From Candidatus Scalinduaceae bacterium (GTDB lineage Bacteria > Planctomycetota > Brocadiia > Brocadiales > Scalinduaceae): a DNA stretch of 63,712 bases. The notes beneath the pieces were generated by a model, which saw only the letters and a program-made list of their open reading frames with translations, was not told the origin of the DNA and searched no databases. Position 1 is the first letter of the stretch. Every line of letters begins with the position of its first letter. A program made the position numbers and the translations under genes. Shown piece after piece: positions 29,476 to 38,855 of the stretch. The stretch covers positions 1 through 63,712 of the forward strand of contig JBHICG010000012.1 of the NCBI GenBank assembly GCA_046759445.1. The letters run 5' to 3'.

Positions 29476-32400
29476 ATGAATTGTCGATTATGTCAATTGT
29501 ACCAGGTGTACCAAATGGTACAATTGATTAAGCGTTTTTTACAAACAGGGTTTTTTATCCTGATCGTGTCATCGATAACGTTCGGTCAGATCAACCATGA
29601 CCTTAAGGTCACGCTGCATCCGGACAACCACCGGCTCGAAATAGTTGACGTAATCACCTTGCCCCCGGCATTAACGGACACGGAACCTATCCATTTCATA
29701 CTTCATCAGGGACTCAAACCTGAGGTTCTGGACAAAGATATAATACTAAGAAATATCTCCGGCACGGAAGCAGGTCGATTTTTCAGTAACAATCCATCAC
29801 TTCAGCAAGGCAATATTATACGGGAACTTTTTGAGGTCAAGCTGCCACCTGGAACCCGTCAGTTTACGCTCAAATACAAGGGTAAGATTTTCCATCCCAT
29901 TAAAGAATACGGTGAGGAATATGCACGCAGCTTCAGCGTATCTCCCGGTATTATATCCCCGGAAGGAGTATTCTTAAGCGGGTCCAGCTATTGGTATCCA
30001 CATTTCGTTGATGAACTAGTTACATTCAGTATGGACGTTGAATTACCAACAGGCTGGTCATCCGTCAGCCAGGGCGTGCGTAAAAAACATGATACCAGCG
30101 CAGACTTCCGGCAAGATGCATGGATGATGGACAAACCGCAGGAGGAGATTTACCTCATTTCCGCCGAATTTACAGAATATGGCCAGGCTGCAGGCGCTGT
30201 GGATGCGATGGCCTTCTTACGCAAACCTGATCCGCAACTTGCGCAAAAGTATCTGGATACAACTGCACAGTACCTTGAAATGTATCGAAAGCTTCTTGGT
30301 CCGTATCCTTATCAAAAGTTTGCCCTGGTAGAGAATTTTTGGGAAACCGGTTATGGCATGCCGTCTTTCACGCTGCTTGGTCCAAAGGTCATTCGTTTTC
30401 CTTTTATTCTTCATTCGTCTTATCCCCATGAGATTCTTCATAACTGGTGGGGCAATGGGGTATATACTGATTACGAAAAAGGCAATTGGGCTGAAGGTCT
30501 GACAACTTATCTTGCCGACCATCTCATAAAAGAACAACGTGGTGTGGCTGTTGAATACCGCCGTTCGGTTTTACAAAAATATACGAACTATGTAACTGCC
30601 AATAAGAATAAGGACTTTCCCCTTTCCGAATTCCGTTCCCGGCGTAGTGCAGTTACAGAGGCTGTAGGTTATGGCAAGACCATGATGTTGTTCCATATGC
30701 TCCGTCGACAACTGGGTGATCAGGCCTTTATTAAGGCTCTCCATCAATTTTATCGAAAATACAAGTTTAAGGTTGCCTCCTTTGATGATGTTGCAACTAC
30801 CTTCAATAATGTGACTGATGATCCCCTGGAATTGATGTTTGAACAATGGGTGAAAAGGACCGGCGCACCCTCCCTGCAAGTACACCAGGCTGCTGCAAGG
30901 GAACTGGGTGATGGTTACGTGCTGTCGGCTATTATCGAACAAACTCAAGGGGCAGAACCCTACCGGTTAAGGTTGCCAATCGCCATCCACATGGAAGGTG
31001 TCGCAAAAGCATTCCAGACCAGCATTGATGTCGATACTAAACGGTACAATATGGAACTCATGCTTCCTGTTCGGCCTGTACGCCTGGATGTCGATCCGGA
31101 ATTTGACGTCTTCCGCACATTAGATCACTCAGAGACCCCACCGGCCATGAGTCAGGTCTTTGGCGCCGAACGGGTATTGGTGGTATTACCTGCAAACGAA
31201 CCCGAATCAATTCGCGCTGGATATCAGGAACTGGCAAAGGGATGGCAGAAAGGCCGCTCTGTGCAGATGGAAATCAACCTTGATAATCAGTTGGATGAAT
31301 TGCCGACTGACCGTGCCGTCTGGTTGTTTGGATGGAAGAATCGTTTCCGTCCTATGGTTAGCAAGGCTCTATCCGATTATGATTATGTTGACAAGAAGGC
31401 AACAATACATATTGAAGGTACTGAATTGAAACGTGACCAACATTCTGTTGTGGTAATGGCACGCAACCCGTCCAACAATTCACGTGCCCTGGCCTGGCTT
31501 GCTACGGACAATGTGGCTGCAATGCCGGGTCTGGGAAGGAAACTCCCCCACTACAACAAGTACAGCTACCTTGCCTTCACCGGTGATGAACCAACCAACG
31601 TATTTAAAGGCCAATGGCCGGTGATCAATTCACCCATGTCGATTATCATTTTACAAAGTGATAATAAAAAAGTGGAGCCAACGACAGCCAAATTGGCAAC
31701 ACGCGTTGCCCTTGCGCAATTACCTCCCGTCTTCTCCGAAGCGAGAATGTTACAGGATATCGAATACCTCGCCTCTGATGAGTTGGAGGGAAGGGGCCTC
31801 GGTACTCCCGGATTAGATAAGGCCGCCGACTATATCGCAAAGCAGTTTTCTGATGCCGGTCTAAAACCCTGCGGGGATCAACCAAATGATTATTTCCAAA
31901 CCTGGACTGAAAAGGTAGATGAACCTGAACGTGATGTCACTATTAAGAACGTAATAGGAATCATCCCGGGTACAAATCCACAATTTGATGGGCAGAGCGT
32001 GGTTATCGGCGCACACTACGATTCGCACGGACTCGGTTGGCCTGATTGTCACAAAGGTGACGAAGGCAAAATTCACCCTGGTGCCGATGACAATGCCAGT
32101 GGGATCTCCGTTTTATTGGAATTTGCACGCCTGGTGGGCAAAAAATGGCAGCCTGAACGTACGATCGTGTTTGTGGCCTTCAGCGCAGAGGAAGCCGGTA
32201 AGCTTGGCTCATTGCATTACATCAGGCAGGAAAAGAAATACCCTGTCTCTAAAACTATGGCAATGATCAATCTCGATACAGTCGGCCAATTAGGCAAGGA
32301 TGCACTAACCATATTCGGCGCCTACTCCGCACGCGAATGGGTGCATATCTTTCGTGGTACCGAATACGTAACCGGCGTTCCTATTAAACAATCAACCTTA

Positions 32401-32919
32401 GATACTGCCAACGGTGATGAGAAGAGTTTTCTCGATGCTGGAGTGCCAGCCGTGCATTTCTTCAGTGGAGCACGCGATAACTATCATCGTCCAACTGACA
32501 CTGCTGATAGAATAGACACGGCAGGTCTGGTTAAGACTGCTGCCGTCTTGAAGGAAGTAGTTGAATACCTTGCCGCAAAACCCGAACCCTTAACCTCAAC
32601 ACTAACCGGTACAAGAGACATCACGGCACTACAAAAAGGGGAGCCGCATAAGAAAAGGCGTGTCGTCCTGGGTACCGTTCCTGACTTTGCTTATACCGGT
32701 AAGGGTGTCCGCCTTGACGGTGTTACTCCTGATACACCTGCAGAAAAAGCAGATCTCCAGGAGGGTGATATCATTGTGCGCATCGGTGAAACAGTAATCG
32801 AAGACCTGCAAACCTTTTCCGATGTCTTAAAGTCGTTACAGGCAGGAAGCGAGATTACGGTTGTTTTCATGCGTGATAACGTAGAGCACTCTGTCACCAC
32901 GAAGGTGATTGCCAGATAA
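29476..32919 (+). CDS. M1 aminopeptidase-like + M28 peptidase + PDZ fusion (start may lie at a downstream ATG)
   Basis: HEILHNWWG...WAEGLT; GAHYD, GADDNASG, AEE, NLD, YH.PTD; C-terminal PDZ LGTVPD..PAEKADL. Confidence 0.9.
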   Translation: MNCRLCQLYQVYQMVQLIKRFLQTGFFILIVSSITFGQINHDLKVTLHPDNHRLEIVDVITLPPALTDTEPIHFILHQGLKPEVLDKDIILRNISGTEAGRFFSNNPSLQQGNIIRELFEVKLPPGTRQFTLKYKGKIFHPIKEYGEEYARSFSVSPGIISPEGVFLSGSSYWYPHFVDELVTFSMDVELPTGWSSVSQGVRKKHDTSADFRQDAWMMDKPQEEIYLISAEFTEYGQAAGAVDAMAFLRKPDPQLAQKYLDTTAQYLEMYRKLLGPYPYQKFALVENFWETGYGMPSFTLLGPKVIRFPFILHSSYPHEILHNWWGNGVYTDYEKGNWAEGLTTYLADHLIKEQRGVAVEYRRSVLQKYTNYVTANKNKDFPLSEFRSRRSAVTEAVGYGKTMMLFHMLRRQLGDQAFIKALHQFYRKYKFKVASFDDVATTFNNVTDDPLELMFEQWVKRTGAPSLQVHQAAARELGDGYVLSAIIEQTQGAEPYRLRLPIAIHMEGVAKAFQTSIDVDTKRYNMELMLPVRPVRLDVDPEFDVFRTLDHSETPPAMSQVFGAERVLVVLPANEPESIRAGYQELAKGWQKGRSVQMEINLDNQLDELPTDRAVWLFGWKNRFRPMVSKALSDYDYVDKKATIHIEGTELKRDQHSVVVMARNPSNNSRALAWLATDNVAAMPGLGRKLPHYNKYSYLAFTGDEPTNVFKGQWPVINSPMSIIILQSDNKKVEPTTAKLATRVALAQLPPVFSEARMLQDIEYLASDELEGRGLGTPGLDKAADYIAKQFSDAGLKPCGDQPNDYFQTWTEKVDEPERDVTIKNVIGIIPGTNPQFDGQSVVIGAHYDSHGLGWPDCHKGDEGKIHPGADDNASGISVLLEFARLVGKKWQPERTIVFVAFSAEEAGKLGSLHYIRQEKKYPVSKTMAMINLDTVGQLGKDALTIFGAYSAREWVHIFRGTEYVTGVPIKQSTLDTANGDEKSFLDAGVPAVHFFSGARDNYHRPTDTADRIDTAGLVKTAAVLKEVVEYLAAKPEPLTSTLTGTRDITALQKGEPHKKRRVVLGTVPDFAYTGKGVRLDGVTPDTPAEKADLQEGDIIVRIGETVIEDLQTFSDVLKSLQAGSEITVVFMRDNVEHSVTTKVIAR

Positions 32920-32932
32920 TTCAATAACATAA

Positions 32933-32961
32933 CTCGTTCCCACGCTTTGCGTGGGAACGAG
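32933..32961. repeat. Perfect palindrome (REP or terminator)
   Basis: ctcgttcccacgc-ttt-gcgtgggaacgag just after the stop codon. Confidence 0.7.
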
Positions 32962-33168
32962 CGTTAACCAGATGATTTAATTGTTCTATTTGGTTCTATC
33001 TTGCCCGCCAGAATGAGTGTCGGGCTGGTAGATTGTGAGCAATTTGTGAAAATTGCCTTAACCGTTTCGATTCCGGTCACCTAATTCTTGCGAAAACTGG
33101 AAGTCGATGTTTTAACTGATTTGATATTTGCCGGAGAGTTAACGATTCATCCATGAGCCTTGGTGACG

Positions 33169-34887
33169 TCACGGCTGGAACTTCCAGAATCTGGCATTTT
33201 TCTTGCTTGGCACCGCCCTCAAGAGTCGATCATTAGGCGGATGGCCATGATTAATAAGGGAATGCATATCGCTGATAACAGACTTGTTATCAGCATAGTG
33301 GAAATGTCCAATCAGCGTGGTGTTAACTGCTGATGCATCAATCGAATCTACGCCATTGACAATCGTAATTCCCTGATCCACGTATCCCGCACGGGAATAA
33401 TTACCGTGATTTTTCTGTGAGAGCCAAAGGGCCATGTCGTTCTTTGCAGCATATAGTGTAAATCTCGAACCGATCCCATTCATTCCCGGTACCGACTGTT
33501 CCTTGAAAATCTTCGCATCAATATCCGGTGCCGCTAGAATAACTTGACAAAATAACCGTTTGTTTTTACCTCTCATCTGAGTAACTAAATCTTTCAACGC
33601 ATAAGTAAGAATATCATTTCCCATACTGTGGGCAATTACATGGATTTTCTTGGCACCAGCCGCTATTACGACTCGCTCTAGAAATTTCTGCAGGTATAGC
33701 CGCGAATACCCAGCATTCGTTTCATCATGATTGTATCCTTTCCGAGAAATCTTGCCGAGGGTAGGCCAGGTGAACATCATTGGAACACCGTCAAATTCAA
33801 GGTCATAGGAAATCTGGGCTGTTCGCCATGCCGCCTCTTCGAAACTAGTGCTGAATCCGTGAATGAAAACCAGCGCCTGATTTTTGTCAGAACTGCCGAT
33901 GAGGTCTCTTAAACGCTCGAAATAATTGACGGAGTCAAGAGGCGTCGTACTCAGCAAGACTACATGTTTTTTACGATGTTCACGAAACTCAAGTTTCCAG
34001 AGTTTGGGTCTTTCGATTCTCCCCTTTTTATGTTTTGGATCCCTTGGAATACTTACTTCACAGATTCCCCAATGGACTTTATCTCCGCGATATTTTCCGT
34101 ACAATTTGCCAGGTTTTTCACTACGGCTGAACTTCTTACCAAGTTTGATCTTCTGTGTAGGTCGACGATTTGTGCCGTAAAAGACTTCAATAGTGTAATG
34201 CTTCGGTTCTCCTGTCACCACAGGGGTTCTTTTAACGATCTGCGGTAGTACGGAATTCACGGTTGCGGGTTCATATCCACCAACGTATGATAGAAAATCC
34301 ATTACTGTCGTCTGATCGACGTTTGTGACACTAGAGCTAATGATTTCGCCAATCTGACTGCTAATCTCGTTAAATACCTGATACTTTTCAGGTAACAACA
34401 CTTTCTCGTCGGGATCAACGTAACGGCCTAAATTAAGTTTTCGCCATCCTTCGCGAACCTTATGATTCCAAACACCACACACATTAGGTTGAAGGTTATT
34501 CAGGATTTCCGAAGCCGACACGGGACCAAGACCGTTTATTTGCTTGATAAACCGCCGATAGCGCTTAGCCAAAGCGGTCTTCTTGTTGAGCAATAATTTG
34601 AGTTCACCTTTAAAATTCTCTACACCATTTATTTGAATGATATTTTTCGCACGCTTTAGTCCCCCGGCAGTAATTCCCCCAGCGGAAAGCTGCCCTATCA
34701 GATGTACTAAGTCCTTACGTTTGATTTTGTTTAATTTGGTAGGAAGCTCTTTGTTATAGTAATGACGAAGGTCGTCTCGGACGACTTTCACATCCCGGTA
34801 AGCAGGATGGTTCGTGTATGGTTGAAAATCATTGACATACCGTTGGATTTTTTTGCTAATGGATCGTGAAAGATTGAATACTGCCAT
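33169..34887 (-). CDS. DUF900 alpha/beta hydrolase with an extra N-terminal helical domain
   Basis: VFYGTNR, VFIHGF, F.WP, IAHSMG nucleophile elbow, LAAPDID, GH; about 200-aa N-terminal extension. Confidence 0.88.
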   Translation of the reverse strand: MAVFNLSRSISKKIQRYVNDFQPYTNHPAYRDVKVVRDDLRHYYNKELPTKLNKIKRKDLVHLIGQLSAGGITAGGLKRAKNIIQINGVENFKGELKLLLNKKTALAKRYRRFIKQINGLGPVSASEILNNLQPNVCGVWNHKVREGWRKLNLGRYVDPDEKVLLPEKYQVFNEISSQIGEIISSSVTNVDQTTVMDFLSYVGGYEPATVNSVLPQIVKRTPVVTGEPKHYTIEVFYGTNRRPTQKIKLGKKFSRSEKPGKLYGKYRGDKVHWGICEVSIPRDPKHKKGRIERPKLWKLEFREHRKKHVVLLSTTPLDSVNYFERLRDLIGSSDKNQALVFIHGFSTSFEEAAWRTAQISYDLEFDGVPMMFTWPTLGKISRKGYNHDETNAGYSRLYLQKFLERVVIAAGAKKIHVIAHSMGNDILTYALKDLVTQMRGKNKRLFCQVILAAPDIDAKIFKEQSVPGMNGIGSRFTLYAAKNDMALWLSQKNHGNYSRAGYVDQGITIVNGVDSIDASAVNTTLIGHFHYADNKSVISDMHSLINHGHPPNDRLLRAVPSKKNARFWKFQP

Positions 34888-35063
34888 GGATCGATCTCTC
34901 CCTCTTTGAAATGCCGATTGTTTTTACAGTTTTTTAATAAAACTTGTTACTACCATTTGCCCCAGCGCTTTTTCAAGTTTTTGAAAGTGCAAATTGTGGC
35001 CGTTTCGACGACTTGACTTAGTCCCAATTGTCGCCATTAAATCATGATGCGCATCAGGAGGGA

Positions 35064-35136
35064 GTCGAGTAGTCGAAAGGATTGTTCACAGGTGCCCCTC
35101 ACACAACCGTGCCTGCAGATTTCCCGCACACGGCTC
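35064..35136 (-). mobile_element. Group II intron 3' remnant (domains V and VI)
   Basis: Minus strand reads gAGCcgtgtgcgggaaatctgcaggcacggttgt gtgagggg...ctactcgac: AGC triad, GAAA loop, typical terminal AC; no RT ORF nearby. Confidence 0.8.
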
Positions 35137-35376
35137 TTCACACAGGTTCACAAGATGATAAGTAATCTTTTTTTGAGACAAAGAAATAGTAGTACAATGA
35201 GAAGTAAAATACAAGTTTTTTTGAGTGGTATATAGAGTCACCTTAGGCGGATATGCCTCGGGCACGACTTGAAGCCTGAACCGGCATAGAATTAAAATCT
35301 TCGTCTAAAGGCAAGGAGCTTTCTTCAATTCCCAGGCCAACAGGTCGAATCCACCGAAAACATCTATAAGAATAAA

Positions 35377-35406
35377 GGTGGGTTTGCTACGCTTAACCCA
35401 CCCTAC
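35377..35406. repeat. GTAG-type REP
   Basis: ggtgggtttgctacgcttaacccaccctac; near-copy at 61125-61154. Confidence 0.7.
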
Positions 35407-35448
35407 AAATATCTAATATCTTTGTGCCTCTCAACCTCTTTCCTTCAT

Positions 35449-35744
35449 TTATATTCCCGGAATACCTCTGGCAGAGTGCCATATCCTTGCAATCTCAAGA
35501 ACCATTTCTTCGTTTTTAATCCGGTAAACAATCCTATAAGGTTTCTGTATGATTTCACGAATATTTTCATTTTGAAATTCAGGAACAATTCGACCTGACT
35601 GGGGAAACTTTGCAATTTGCGTGATGTGATTTAATATCTTGTTTCGGAAATGTTTTGCTGCTGAAGTATATCTTCAGATATGAAGATAATTAAATCTCTA
35701 AAATCCAATCTGGCAGCAGGTGACCACTTTATTCTGTAATCCAT
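35449..35744 (-). pseudogene. RelE/ParE-family toxin, frameshifted
   Basis: MDYRIKWSPAARLDF...ED, then apparent 1-bp deletion near 35670, then TSAAKHF...FPQSGRIVPE...REII..PYRIVYR...IARIWHSARG; 296 nt span. Confidence 0.8.
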
Positions 35745-35914
35745 GAAGAAGATTCTTTTTCGATTTGTGCATGAGATACTCCCTTACCCTCATCAAGTTC
35801 CTGCAAAGCCTTACGAATACTTGCAACAAATTCGATTCTCTCCTTCACATCTTCCCAAGTGGCGTCATCTGGCAGGTTTTTAAGGGTATCTATAGCTGCT
35901 TCTTTTACTGTCAT
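35729..35914 (-). CDS. Putative antitoxin of the ParE/RelE module
   Basis: 61 aa, LPDDATWED...I..AL.ELDEGK.VSH; overlaps the toxin start. Confidence 0.8.
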   Translation of the reverse strand: MTVKEAAIDTLKNLPDDATWEDVKERIEFVASIRKALQELDEGKGVSHAQIEKESSSWITE

Positions 35915-35984
35915 AAATTTATTCTAATAAAAGTTTTATAATTATCAAATATAAAATTGCTAGCTTTGCGATGAATAAACTACC

Positions 35985-36089
35985 TCATTCTATCCAATCA
36001 GCTATAAATATATTTGTTTCATGCGGTCTGCTGTTGTTGCGATTTGAAGCAAAAACAAGTTTTTTTCCGTCATGGCTGAACATGGGGAA
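35985..36089 (-). repeat. 105-bp diverged direct copy of the 3' end of the TolB-like gene (37287-37391)
   Basis: 96/105 identical; encodes FPMFSHDGKKLVFASNRNNSRPHETNIFIADWIE*. Confidence 0.92.
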
Positions 36090-36271
36090 TCATACCCGAG
36101 GAGCATTTTAAGAGAGATATCCCTCAACGATTATGTTGAAGGGTTTTTTTTATATTGTGAAAACGGTCTCAAGCTTATAAGTTTTTATGAAAAATATTAT
36201 GGGATTAATCCTTGCAATTGACAGCATCCTTTACTAAATCATCTTTTATCCTAAAGTTTGTAAGCTCAACC

Positions 36272-36514
36272 CTATAGAGAATATACAGCCATATGGATTT
36301 CTTTTTCTGGTTTTCTTCTGCTAGAAACAGTTGATTCGATAGTTTTGAGGACATTAGCAGCATAGTACCGAGTACCACATTTTTTGCATACACCAACAGG
36401 CACCTTTTTGATCAAGACATACTTTTTGCCAACCTTTCGTTGTAAATCAACTTTTTTTTCAACAATTGGCCCACTACAGTATTCATAGTATTCATTTTCC
36501 CAACATCCCAACAT
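36272..36514 (-). CDS. YgiT/MqsA-type zinc-finger protein (possibly degenerate)
   Basis: YEYCSG (first Cys apparently lost), IKKVPVGVCKKCGTRYY. Confidence 0.7.
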   Translation of the reverse strand: MLGCWENEYYEYCSGPIVEKKVDLQRKVGKKYVLIKKVPVGVCKKCGTRYYAANVLKTIESTVSSRRKPEKEIHMAVYSL

Positions 36515-36530
36515 CCCAACATCCCAACAT
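36499..36530 (-). repeat. (ATGTTGGG)x4 tandem repeat at a translation start
   Basis: cccaacat x4 on plus strand, directly after AGGAGG on minus strand. Confidence 0.9.
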
Positions 36531-36588
36531 AGGACCTCCTTTCATTACCTTTTTGGTTTGTCTTCAAAACAAGCGTGGACACTGTTAA

Positions 36589-36807
36589 CTATTTGATCGT
36601 CTGTGAAATAACTGGTAGCTTGTTTGTGATTAATTCGGAGAGGTTTATTTTCTTGCTGGCATTATCTATATCAAAACCAATTATATTACCTTCCGAATCC
36701 AGGTCCATAACAATCCCATCTGAGATTTCCCTGCTATCTACGCTTGTCTTTTTTTCTACCAGTTCGATATATAACGAATCTGTATCGGGATAATAATTTA
36801 GCTTCAT
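36589..36807 (-). CDS. DUF2283 family protein (putative antitoxin)
   Basis: MK..YYPDTDSLYI.L, D.DSEGNIIGFDI..AS. Confidence 0.85.
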   Translation of the reverse strand: MKLNYYPDTDSLYIELVEKKTSVDSREISDGIVMDLDSEGNIIGFDIDNASKKINLSELITNKLPVISQTIK

Positions 36808-37043
36808 AATCTAAAACTCCTGTCCGGGAATGCATTGTGTATTGTAATTTTGTCTTCGAGCGTTATCACTCGAAAAATACGGTTACCAAATTCTGGAACT
36901 CTTACCCAAAATTTATAACGGTTTTCCTCTTGCTTTTCAACCTTAATCGGATTTTCGATAATTTTTATACACCATTCTATTTTAAGGTAAGGGCGTCTTT
37001 TTAAGATTACTTCTTCAAAGTACTTGGTTAATTTATAATTCAT
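36804..37043 (-). CDS. Putative RelE/BrnT-like toxin paired with DUF2283
   Basis: RRPYLK.EW, R..FW......RIFRVITLED..TIHNAFPDR; ATGA overlap with DUF2283. Confidence 0.7.
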   Translation of the reverse strand: MNYKLTKYFEEVILKRRPYLKIEWCIKIIENPIKVEKQEENRYKFWVRVPEFGNRIFRVITLEDKITIHNAFPDRSFRL

Positions 37044-37286
37044 ACAATTTATTTTATTAACTTTTTGTCGCTTTCCCCTTAATAAGACGACACTTCCCTT
37101 TTCTCATTCTCCTTAACACCTTATTTCACCGTCAGCGGGTAAAATATATCGCATTATTATGTCGGAAGACTTCTGCCTTTTGTCAATTGCCCGCTTTTGG
37201 CCGTGGCTATGCCGCACTACGCTTTTCTTTACAAACTTTGTGTATTCTCTGCGCTCTTTGTGTCTCTGCGGTGAAAATTTTCCTGT

Positions 37287-38372
37287 TTAATCTACCCAAT
37301 CGGCTAGAAATATATTCGTTTCATGCGGTCTGCTGTTGTTGCGATTTGAAGCAAAAACGAGTTTTTTCCCGTTATGGCTGAACATGGGGAAACCGTCGAA
37401 CGTTGGATTATAAGTCAAACGCTCAACTTTCTTGGTTTTTATATCAACCATATACAGCTCAAAATTCCGCTTTTTTGGATCATCCATATTGGAAACAAAG
37501 ATAATCTTATCACCGCTGGGATGGAAATAAGGGCCGAAGTTGGCGGCACCGTTTTCGGTTAACTGAATTGGTTTACGGTCTTTCAGATTCATAACATATA
37601 TCTCAAGTTTGCTGGGTCGTATTAAAGCCTGTTTGAGAAGGCCCACATAGTCTGCAAGTGCTTCTCCCTGTGGTCTTGACGCCCGCCAGCATATCCATTC
37701 ACCATCAAGGGAATAGAAAGCGCCTCCATCATAGCCGGGAATATCAGTCAACTGCTCAACGTTGGAACCATCAGGATTCATCATGAACAGTTCCAGATCA
37801 CCGGTACGGACCGAAGTAAAAATAATCTTGTCTCCTCTGGGTGAATATACCCCCTCGGCATCATATCCGGGTGCGTCAGTCAGACGGACAAGATTGGAGC
37901 CGTCAACGTCGGCCTTGAAAATATCATAGCTTTTGTATAACGCCCAGACATAACCGCGCGACATATCAGGTTTGGGTGGACATTCATCCCCTCCCAGATG
38001 CGTGGATGCATAAATTATGGATTTATAGTCAGGGGCGATAAATGAACAGGTAGTAGCGCCCTTACCAGATGAAACCATCGTAACATCGGTGCCATCGACA
38101 TTCATTGTAAAGATTGCGTCACATTCCAGGCCATCACGCTTCGACTGGAATATAAGCTTATGGGCATTATAAGAGAAGTAAGCCTCGGCATTCTCTCCGC
38201 CGAAAGTAAGCTGCCTGATATTTTTAAAATGCGTTTCACCTTCAAAAATGGTAACTTCAGCCCGCTTTTCGCTGACGACAGGCTGCGGTTCAGAGACGAG
38301 GGTTTCTGCCTTTTTATTAACGCATCCGATCAAAACCAAAGAAACCACTAACGAAATAACAAATGACTTCAA
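37287..38372 (-). CDS. TolB-like PD40 beta-propeller lipoprotein
   Basis: LIGC lipobox; QLTFGGENAEAYFS, GYDAE..SP.G, FDGFPMFS..GKKLVFASNR. Confidence 0.92.
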   Translation of the reverse strand: MKSFVISLVVSLVLIGCVNKKAETLVSEPQPVVSEKRAEVTIFEGETHFKNIRQLTFGGENAEAYFSYNAHKLIFQSKRDGLECDAIFTMNVDGTDVTMVSSGKGATTCSFIAPDYKSIIYASTHLGGDECPPKPDMSRGYVWALYKSYDIFKADVDGSNLVRLTDAPGYDAEGVYSPRGDKIIFTSVRTGDLELFMMNPDGSNVEQLTDIPGYDGGAFYSLDGEWICWRASRPQGEALADYVGLLKQALIRPSKLEIYVMNLKDRKPIQLTENGAANFGPYFHPSGDKIIFVSNMDDPKKRNFELYMVDIKTKKVERLTYNPTFDGFPMFSHNGKKLVFASNRNNSRPHETNIFLADWVD

Positions 38373-38769
38373 TTTTCTTCTCCTAAAAATGTTTCGGAAA
38401 TGATAATTTTCAATACATTATTATAACATTCAATTATTCTAATTGCGGACGCAGACAAACACAGATTATGAGGATTTTAAAACGTGCGCATTAAATGACG
38501 AATGCGCAGACCAGTAAAAGACAAACTGTTATCTGTATGTATCTGCGACCGTCCGAAGGACGGACATAATCAGTGTCCTATCAATTTAAACGGTTTCTTT
38601 ACGAAAGTAAATCAAAATTTAATCAATGGAGCTTTTACCATAAAATATTTATGGAAGCTGTATCCGCTTCACTCTAGAAAAATTATCAAAAGAAGTTGAT
38701 AGCAAACATAATATGTTTCTTATCCTAATAATGATATAATATTAAGGGTAATTATATTGACTGTAAAAC

Positions 38770-38798
38770 TTGACAAAAAATTGAGCTATTGTTAACAT
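38770..38798 (+). promoter_or_regulatory. Putative sigma70 promoter for panC-lgt
   Basis: TTGACA-17 nt-TAACAT with extended TG. Confidence 0.55.
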
Positions 38799-38855
38799 CC
38801 AGAATTATTTTAGAGGAGACTAAATATACGAAAGCAAATTGATATTGTTTTAAAT

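Noticed and set aside
35044..35235. 63-aa plus-strand ORF
   Set aside because: It is the antisense reading of the group II intron remnant
36121..36151. Intrinsic terminator ccctcaac-gattat-gttgaaggg-T8
   Set aside because: Plausible hairpin, but its U-tract faces the plus strand where no gene ends, so no function can be assigned
35985..37391. DGR template/variable repeat pair
   Set aside because: Mismatches include C/T changes and are not confined to adenines of one copy; they are synonymous or conservative, and no reverse transcriptase is present
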